A DNA stretch of 64,000 nt from the NCBI GenBank assembly GCA_963713795.1, contig CAVQNC010000010.1, forward strand, positions 103,966-167,965, read 5' to 3'. Both the position numbers and the translations under genes were made by a program. Position 1 is the first letter of the stretch. Each line of letters opens with the position of its first letter. Shown piece by piece: positions 57,835-64,000 of this stretch. The notes beneath the pieces were generated by a model. The model did not search any database. It was given only the letters and a program-made list of their open reading frames with translations, and was not told where the DNA came from. Source of the DNA: an uncultured Chloroflexia bacterium. Its GTDB lineage: Bacteria; Chloroflexota; Limnocylindria; Limnocylindrales; CSP1-4.

Positions 57835-59367
57835 ATGTCCAGGTGGGGGATCCCTCTTGCAGTTTCGGCCGCGATGCTCGCGGCAGCTGGGGAGGCAGTG
57901 GTCCGATTTGGGACCAGAGCCCCCCTCACCGACGTCCTCGTCGGGGCTTCGGTCACGGCGGCGATCTGTGTGGTCGGCGCCACGCTGGTTCTGCGGCACC
58001 TGGTCAACGCCCTGGCGGACGCCACGGCCCAGATCGGCGACGGCGCCCCGGCCAGCCTCGACCCGAACCGGTTCGGCCCGCTGGCCCCGGTTGCCCGGCG
58101 CCTCGAGGAGGTCGAAGCCGCGCTCGAGGCGGCGACCGAGGCTGCCGCGACGGACCGGCTCACCCACGTTGCCAATCGGCCGACCCTGCTGGCCTACCTG
58201 TTCGGCGAGGTCGAGCGTGTGGCGCGATACAACAGGCGATTGTCGATCGCGTTCATCGACATAGACCACTTCAAGGCCGTGAACGACGCCTTTGGCCACG
58301 AAGTCGGCGACCTGGTCCTGCGGGGCGTGGCGGAGATCCTGCGCGCCAACACCCGCCAGACGGACCTCGTCGGTCGTTACGGGGGCGAGGAATTCGTGAT
58401 CGTGATGCCCGAGACGTCGGTCGAGGACGCGGCCGGCCTGGCGGAGAAGCTACGCCGGCTCGTGGTCAAGCACCGGTTCCAGGCCGGTTTGGGCGCGGAG
58501 GTCGCCGTCTCGGTGTCGATCGGCATCGCCGGTGGGCAGGCCCAGCAGATCCGCGTCGACCAGCTCATCCGGGACGCCGACGCCGCGATGTACTCGGCCA
58601 AGTCGCTTGGGCGGAACCAGACCTACGTCTTCGCCGAGATGGACGACGACAGCGCGCGGATTCCGCGAGCCGCCATCTCGAGCGAGGGCCGCGCGCGGGC
58701 GGCCGTGGTCGGGCATCTCGCCTGTGAAGCCGCCAATGCCGCTCTCTCGTCGATAGTGAGCCCTCTGCCGCATTATCGGGGGAGGCCTTCGCCGCTGATC
58801 GCCGAGATCGCCGTCAGCCTCGCGCGCGAGCTGCAGCTGCCGGATGCCGAGGTCGACCGGATCCGCGTAGCCTCGCTGCTCCACGACATCGGCAAAGTGG
58901 GCGTGCCTGAGGAGATTCTCGAGAAGCCGGGACCTTTGACCATAGAGGAATGGCAGTCGGTCGTGCAGCACTCCCGCATCGGTCAGTTGATCATCGAGCA
59001 GATAGCCTCCGTCCAGGAGACCGGCGCGATCATCCTCCATCATCACGAGCGGTACTCCGGCCGCGGCTACCCCTACGGACTTCGAGGCTCGGAGATACCG
59101 CTCGGGGCCCGAATCGTAGCCATCGCCGACGCGTACGACGCCATGACTCACGACCGGCCTTACAGCCGTGCGATCGGGCACGCGGCCGCCGTCGAGGAGC
59201 TGCGTCGCTGCGCGGACATGCAGTTCGACCCGGAACTCGTTGATGTGTTCTGCCGGCTTTATGCCTCCAACCCACCACAAGCGAACATCTCCCTCCTGCT
59301 CGTCCCGCCCGATCTGAGCGCAGTCCACTCATCCGGCCGGAGATCCAGCCACGCGGTTTCAGCATGA
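57835..59367 (+). CDS. Membrane-anchored bifunctional c-di-GMP protein: GGDEF diguanylate cyclase plus HD-GYP phosphodiesterase
   Basis: Two N-terminal TM helices; GGDEF motif RYGGEEF; HD-GYP motifs HDIGK and HHERYSGRGYPYGL. Confidence 0.8.
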   Translation: MSRWGIPLAVSAAMLAAAGEAVVRFGTRAPLTDVLVGASVTAAICVVGATLVLRHLVNALADATAQIGDGAPASLDPNRFGPLAPVARRLEEVEAALEAATEAAATDRLTHVANRPTLLAYLFGEVERVARYNRRLSIAFIDIDHFKAVNDAFGHEVGDLVLRGVAEILRANTRQTDLVGRYGGEEFVIVMPETSVEDAAGLAEKLRRLVVKHRFQAGLGAEVAVSVSIGIAGGQAQQIRVDQLIRDADAAMYSAKSLGRNQTYVFAEMDDDSARIPRAAISSEGRARAAVVGHLACEAANAALSSIVSPLPHYRGRPSPLIAEIAVSLARELQLPDAEVDRIRVASLLHDIGKVGVPEEILEKPGPLTIEEWQSVVQHSRIGQLIIEQIASVQETGAIILHHHERYSGRGYPYGLRGSEIPLGARIVAIADAYDAMTHDRPYSRAIGHAAAVEELRRCADMQFDPELVDVFCRLYASNPPQANISLLLVPPDLSAVHSSGRRSSHAVSA

Positions 59368-59397
59368 AGAGGACGCGGTGCCGTTGAGTCGTCGAAC

Positions 59398-60054
59398 ATG
59401 ATCGGCAACATTCGCCGCCGCCTCGGAGTCTCGGGCCAACCCGGCCTGGGCTCGCCGATCGCGCCCAGCCCGATGGTCTTCACCCGTGAGTCGATCGAGA
59501 TCGAGCTGGCCGCCTACGCCGAGGACTGCCTGGTATTCGGCTTCGTGCTCGTCGACACGGACCGTCTGACCGACTATCTGAACGAACGAGAGCGGTACGA
59601 GCTGCGGGACGTGCTCGTGGTGGCGCTCGATGACGGCTGTGCGACCGAGGCGAAGACGCTGACCGTCGAGCGGGGCGAGCTGCTGGCCGTTCGCGCATCC
59701 GGGCCGCGTGGGAACGCCGACCGGCGAGGGCGTACTCGTCCGTACCCGGTGACGCTCGGGACGGGGCCGTACACGATCCGCGGTCATCTTCACGCCCTGC
59801 CCGGCAGCGACCCGTTGCGGCACCTTCGCATGCGCCGGCCGATGGTTGCCCTGACCGAGTCGTGGATCGAGTACCTGTCCGAGGGCGAGACCCACCGCGG
59901 ACGGGTGGGGACGATCATCTTCAACCGCGAGGTGGCCGACTGGATCCACCTCTCCGGGGACGACGAGGTTCGGCTGCCGGATCTCCCGGCCGAAGCCGGG
60001 CCGGATCCTCTGGCCAAGGATCTCACCGGCTTGATCTGGGCGACCCGACGCTGA
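59398..60054 (+). CDS. Hypothetical protein (218 aa), probably co-transcribed with the GGDEF/HD-GYP gene
   Basis: ORF starts 31 nt after the upstream stop; no recognisable motif. Confidence 0.4.
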   Translation: MIGNIRRRLGVSGQPGLGSPIAPSPMVFTRESIEIELAAYAEDCLVFGFVLVDTDRLTDYLNERERYELRDVLVVALDDGCATEAKTLTVERGELLAVRASGPRGNADRRGRTRPYPVTLGTGPYTIRGHLHALPGSDPLRHLRMRRPMVALTESWIEYLSEGETHRGRVGTIIFNREVADWIHLSGDDEVRLPDLPAEAGPDPLAKDLTGLIWATRR

Positions 60055-60212
60055 CAAGGTCGAACCGTTCGAACCGAAGCAGGCCCGCCGCTCCGTGACA
60101 GCCAAGGTGGCACGGCCTGTGTGCGACACTGCGGCCGCGATGACCAAACAGTGCGCTCCTTGACGCGGCTCCCGATCTCGCCCCGATGTTCGGGGCTCCA
60201 CGGGAGCACCAG

Positions 60213-60542
60213 ATGCCTGTACATCTCACCTACGACGCGACCACCGACGTCGCCTATCTCCAGCTTCGCCCGACGGGCCCGGCCGACGTAATCGGCCCGG
60301 CCCTCATCCTCGAGCACGACCGTGACTTCCCGGGCGTCGTCATCGCCGACTTCACCCTCATCGACGGCTGCCTGGTCGGCTTCGAGTTTCAGTTCGCGAG
60401 CGCCTGTCTCCCGGCCGAACTGCTCGCAACGGCCGAGCGCATCGACGGCCAGCACGCGGCGCGCCGTTTCGGCGAGCGTATCGGGCGTCTGCTGGCTCAG
60501 GGCCTCCCCTCGAAGAAAGGACCGGGCAGACGTGGGCACTGA
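60213..60542 (+). CDS. DUF2283-family small protein
   Basis: N-terminal HLTYDATTDVAYLQL matches the characteristic Y-D-x-x-x-D-x-x-Y-I/L-x-L motif of DUF2283; start taken at the second ATG. Confidence 0.5.
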   Translation: MPVHLTYDATTDVAYLQLRPTGPADVIGPALILEHDRDFPGVVIADFTLIDGCLVGFEFQFASACLPAELLATAERIDGQHAARRFGERIGRLLAQGLPSKKGPGRRGH

Positions 60543-60558
60543 ACCAGAGAGGGACGCA

Positions 60559-60843
60559 ATGAGCGGCGGTCTCCGAGGGCGGTTCGGACGAGGAAAGAGG
60601 CCGGCGGCGGCCTCGAAACCGGGGCAGCCGGGAAACGTCGGGCCGGCCCTGAATGCTGCCGATCCGGCCGCCGGCGCTCCCGGACCGGGAGGCGACCCGG
60701 TCGACCTTCACTTCTGCTGCATCTGCGGCGCCATGCTGGGCTTCGACTTCGAAGACGAGATAGACGGCGAGGGCGCCGGCCGGGACATCTGCGGCGCCTG
60801 CAACCGGACGAAGAACGACGACTCGATAGAGTTCGGGTGGTAG
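60559..60843 (+). CDS. Small Cys-rich hypothetical protein (94 aa) with CCxC...CxxC putative zinc-binding motif
   Basis: ATG after GAGAGGGA; HFCCICGAMLGF...DICGACNR. Confidence 0.35.
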   Translation: MSGGLRGRFGRGKRPAAASKPGQPGNVGPALNAADPAAGAPGPGGDPVDLHFCCICGAMLGFDFEDEIDGEGAGRDICGACNRTKNDDSIEFGW

Positions 60844-60949
60844 AGATGCCGAACGACGGACTCCAGCCCGGCCGCGACGAGCCGGTCGAGGCGCCCCTGG
60901 AACCGTCGATCGCCGCGAGTTCGACGCCAGTATCCGGCTCACGTCGCAG

Positions 60950-62941
60950 ATGAGCGCCGCCGAGGATCCCGCGCGCCTGCTCGGAGACCTCAATCCCTCG
61001 CAACGCGAGGCAGTGACGACGACATCCGGCCCGCTCGCGATCGTCGCCGGGGCCGGATCCGGCAAGACGCGCGTCATCAGCCGGCGTGCCGCCTACGCCG
61101 TCGAGACTGGCGCGACACCTGCCGACCAGGTCCTGCTCGTCACTTTCACCGACAAAGCTGCGGGCGAGATGGTCGAGCGGATGACCGCGCTGGGACATCG
61201 GGGCGTCATGGCCCGAACCTTCCACGCCGCAGCCCTGGCCCAGTTGCGCCACTTCTGGCCGGGCAGGCACGATGGGGACCAGCTGCCCGCGATCCTGGAC
61301 TCGAAGCTGCGGCTCCTGGTGCCGCTGATCAGCCGCCTGCCGGGCGGATACCGCTTCACGCCGGCCAGGGACATGGCGGACACGATCGAATGGGCGAAGG
61401 TTCGCCGCATCCGGCCAGAACGCTGGGTCGGCCAGGGCGGTGACCGGGCGCCGATCCCAGCCGACCTCTTCGCCCGGGCCTATCGCGACTACGAACGTGC
61501 GAAGGCGAAGGCAGGCCTGCTGGACTTCGAGGACATGCTCGTCGAGACCGTACAGCTCCTCGAAGACGATTCCGACGCCGCCGCCCTCGTCCGGTCCCGC
61601 AAGTCCTGGTTCAGCGTCGACGAGTACCAGGACACCAACCCGCTCTCGGAGCGGCTGCTCGAGCTCTGGCAGGGCGAATCACGAGACCTGGCGGTCGTCG
61701 GCGACCCGGACCAGACGATCTACACGTTTACCGGCGCTACGCCGGAGTTCCTGCTCGGCTTCGCCGAGCGCCACCAGAGCGCGCGCGTCGTCACGCTGAC
61801 CGACAACTACCGTTCCAGCCCGCAGATCCTGGAGCTCGCGAATCGTGTCTCGGCGGGAGGCCCCCGCGGCCCGCTGCGGGCGACCAGGCCGGACGGACCC
61901 CCGCCGACCGTCAGGCGTTTCCCCGATGCCGAGGCCGAGCGGGCGGCCATGGTCGAGTGGCTCAGAACGGTGGCGGCGGCCGGCGTGGCCCCGACCGAGA
62001 CGGCCGTGCTGGTACGGATGAACGCCCAGCTGCCGGAGATAGAAGCCGCGCTGACGCGGGCGGGCGTAGGGTTCACCGTCCGCGGTCAGCAATTCTTCGA
62101 TCGTCGGGAGATACGCGAGGCATGTCAGCTGATTCGGCGGGAGCGGCCGGCCGAAACCGGGGCCGGGCTCGTCGCCGCGGTCGAACGGCTGTTCGTCGAG
62201 CGCCTGGGGCTGGACGACGTGGCCGCCGATGCGGGCCCCGAAGGACGCGATCGAGCGGCCTCGCTCGAGCTTCTCCTCGGCATCGTCGACGACCTCGCCT
62301 CGGCCGACACCGGGCTGACCATCGACGCCGCGCTCGCCGAGGTGGATCGCCGCCGGGCGGCGGAGGCGGACGCATCCGCCGGCGGCGTGAACCTGCTGAC
62401 TTACCACCGGGCCAAGGGCCTCGAATGGGAGGCCGTCTACCTGCCGGCTCTCGACGAGGGCGTCCTGCCAATTCGCCAGGCGAAGGAGGACGAGGAAGTC
62501 GCCGAAGAGCGCCGGCTGCTGTACGTTGGGATAACCCGCGCGCGGCGGTTTCTGGCGCTTTCGTCGTCGTCGCGCCGGCCGTCGCGGTTTCTGGCGTCGG
62601 TCCAGCCGGCGCGGCCGGCGGCGCGACCAGCGGCGCGGCCCGGGGAGCGGCCGGAGCGACCCGCCTCGAGCCGCGTACGAGTACTGCCCGGCCCGCCGGA
62701 CGCCACGGCCGCCGTCGCCGACGACTCGCTGGTCGAGGCGCTCCGCCGCTGGCGACGCGAGCGCGCGGCGGCCGACGGCGTGCCCGCTTACGTCGTCGCC
62801 CACGATGCGACGCTCCTCGAGATCGCCGATGCGCGCCCGCGAACGCTGCCCGCGCTCCGCCGGGTGCGAGGCATGGGCCCGGCCAAGCTCGAGCGATACG
62901 GCCCGGAGATCCTCGCCCTGATCGATGGATCCGAGCGGTAG
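60950..62941 (+). CDS. UvrD/PcrA-family DNA helicase with C-terminal HRDC domain (UvrD2-like)
   Basis: Walker A GAGSGKTRV; UvrD motifs (TFHAAAL, VDEYQDTN, GDPDQTIY, YHRAKGLEWEAVY); C-terminal HRDC-like segment DDSLVEALRRWRRERAAADGVPAYVVAHDATLLEIA. Confidence 0.8.
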   Translation: MSAAEDPARLLGDLNPSQREAVTTTSGPLAIVAGAGSGKTRVISRRAAYAVETGATPADQVLLVTFTDKAAGEMVERMTALGHRGVMARTFHAAALAQLRHFWPGRHDGDQLPAILDSKLRLLVPLISRLPGGYRFTPARDMADTIEWAKVRRIRPERWVGQGGDRAPIPADLFARAYRDYERAKAKAGLLDFEDMLVETVQLLEDDSDAAALVRSRKSWFSVDEYQDTNPLSERLLELWQGESRDLAVVGDPDQTIYTFTGATPEFLLGFAERHQSARVVTLTDNYRSSPQILELANRVSAGGPRGPLRATRPDGPPPTVRRFPDAEAERAAMVEWLRTVAAAGVAPTETAVLVRMNAQLPEIEAALTRAGVGFTVRGQQFFDRREIREACQLIRRERPAETGAGLVAAVERLFVERLGLDDVAADAGPEGRDRAASLELLLGIVDDLASADTGLTIDAALAEVDRRRAAEADASAGGVNLLTYHRAKGLEWEAVYLPALDEGVLPIRQAKEDEEVAEERRLLYVGITRARRFLALSSSSRRPSRFLASVQPARPAARPAARPGERPERPASSRVRVLPGPPDATAAVADDSLVEALRRWRRERAAADGVPAYVVAHDATLLEIADARPRTLPALRRVRGMGPAKLERYGPEILALIDGSER

Positions 62942-63000
62942 TGAGTACCAGCGCCGATTGACGAAATACCCATACGCGGCCCCCCGACCCGGGTCATACG

Positions 63001-64000
63001 CTGCAGGTCGTCGGCTCCGCGCGCAGCTCGAGGTACACGTCGATCAACCATCCGTCCGATCGCCGGCGCGTCGCGCGGCCGGCTCTGCTGATCCTCGTGC
63101 TTGCCGCCTTCCTCGTGATCATCGGGGCGACGGCGAGCGGTCAGGCCGCGCTCGTCACCGCCGACTCGTCGACGACCCTGCTTAACGCCACGGTCAGCGC
63201 GGACGCGGCAGCGGTGCGCAGCTTCGTGGGCCTCAACCTGGGCCAGACCGACCTCCAGCCGGGCGGTCTGAGCGCCGCGCGTGAAGCTGCGCTGCAGCAC
63301 GGCCTGTTCCTGATGACGGACCGGGGCGGGATCCTGCACGCGGCCCTGTTGACTCCCGAGGGCACTGTGCTGGCAAGTGACGACGGCCTGAGCGTCGGCC
63401 ATCTCGCCCCCGGTACACCGGGCCTGACGAGCGCGGTCAAGGACGCCCAGGCGGACGCGGCAATCGTGCAGCCCGACGAGGCCGGCGCGCTGTCGGCGCT
63501 CGACACGGACGCGGTGCTGCGCGAGTACCTTCCGATCATCGACGCCGGTCACGTGTACGCCGTTGTCGCCCTGTGGCGCGACGCCGCCCCGATCCTGTCG
63601 CAGCTGGCCGAAGGCCGGATCAGGGTCGTGGCCATCACCCTCACGGCCGGCCTCATCAGCGCGTTGCTGCTCTTCTTTATCTTCCGCGGGGCCCAGCAAC
63701 GTCTCACCCGCCAGACGCTCCAGCTGCTCGATGCCGCAAAGCGCGACCCGCTGACGGGCTCCCCGAACCACGGGGCGCTCGTGGAGACACTGGCCGCGCA
63801 GATCGAGGCGGCCAGAGAAGGTGGGGGAACGCTGGGCGTGGCCCTTCTCGACCTCGACAGCTTCGGCCTCCTCGACAGCACGTACGGCCACCAGGCCGGC
63901 GACCACGTGATCGTCGAGGTCGTACGGCTACTGGCCGGATGCATGCCATCCGGGGCGACCTGGGGCCGTTACGGCCCGGACGAGTTCCTGGTGGTCACTG
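63001..64000 (+). CDS. Membrane protein with a periplasmic sensor-like region and a C-terminal degenerate GGDEF domain (RYGPDEF); partial, runs off the window
   Basis: Open frame with no stop to base 64000, so absent from the ORF track. TM helix PALLILVLAAFLVIIGA, second TM GLISALLLFFIF, then RDPLTGSPNHGAL...GVALLDLDSFGLLDSTYGHQAGD...WGRYGPDEF. Start unresolved (no canonical in-frame start before the first TM). Confidence 0.55.
   Translation, partial: MQVVGSARSSRYTSINHPSDRRRVARPALLILVLAAFLVIIGATASGQAALVTADSSTTLLNATVSADAAAVRSFVGLNLGQTDLQPGGLSAAREAALQHGLFLMTDRGGILHAALLTPEGTVLASDDGLSVGHLAPGTPGLTSAVKDAQADAAIVQPDEAGALSALDTDAVLREYLPIIDAGHVYAVVALWRDAAPILSQLAEGRIRVVAITLTAGLISALLLFFIFRGAQQRLTRQTLQLLDAAKRDPLTGSPNHGALVETLAAQIEAAREGGGTLGVALLDLDSFGLLDSTYGHQAGDHVIVEVVRLLAGCMPSGATWGRYGPDEFLVVT

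Overview
High-GC (about 70% G+C) bacterial chromosomal window with frequent GTG/TTG starts and translationally coupled operons. About sixty genes are supported. No CRISPR array, transposase or integrase was found. All family assignments below are from reading motifs by eye; no database search was possible. In order, the window holds:
- 2-193: the tail of an upstream gene.
- 274-8519: a LacI-regulated GH130 glycoside-phosphorylase locus, divergent from a five-gene Opp/Dpp-type ABC importer.
- 8767-14393: an NRAMP metal transporter, then an operon of a cpgS-like P-loop protein, ornithine carbamoyltransferase, carbamate kinase and an SDR, with no arginine deiminase.
- 14519-19916: a minus-strand operon YceI-like / TerB-like / two half-size ABC exporters.
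- 20331-27156: cell-envelope genes. These are a CAP-domain surface protein, a PspC plus toastrack pair divergent from an orphan multi-PAS histidine kinase, and two secreted low-complexity proteins.
- 28307-29605: an erythrin-VIT1 (MbfA-type) iron exporter.
- 29660-41432: a large glycerol/dihydroxyacetone supercluster. Gene order is orphan wHTH regulator, glpF, dhaK, dhaL, glpK, glpA-like flavoprotein, SdhB/C/D-like subunits, DhaM-HPr-EnzymeI fusion, aldo-keto reductase.
- 41842-46347: a second SorC-regulated module of class II ketose-bisphosphate aldolase, HAD phosphatase and a second dhaL-dhaK pair.
- 46585-50613: glnS, adenosine deaminase, an FmdB-like double zinc-ribbon protein with a GGY/RGG-rich linker and a near-consensus promoter, and tRNA-Gln(CTG).
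- 51137-57685: esterase, META-domain surface protein, two cupins, AsnA and an amidase.
- 57835-64000: a c-di-GMP block (GGDEF-HD-GYP protein and a second, degenerate GGDEF protein running off the window), DUF2283, a small Cys-rich protein, and a UvrD2-like helicase with an HRDC tail.
Most worth following up:
- the GlpA-flavoprotein plus succinate-dehydrogenase-type FeS and membrane-anchor chimera;
- the duplicated DhaK/DhaL systems sharing one DhaM-HPr-EI fusion;
- the cpgS-like/OTC/CK operon;
- the FmdB-like GGY protein.
Many long ORFs in the supplied track are antisense GC-bias artefacts and were rejected.
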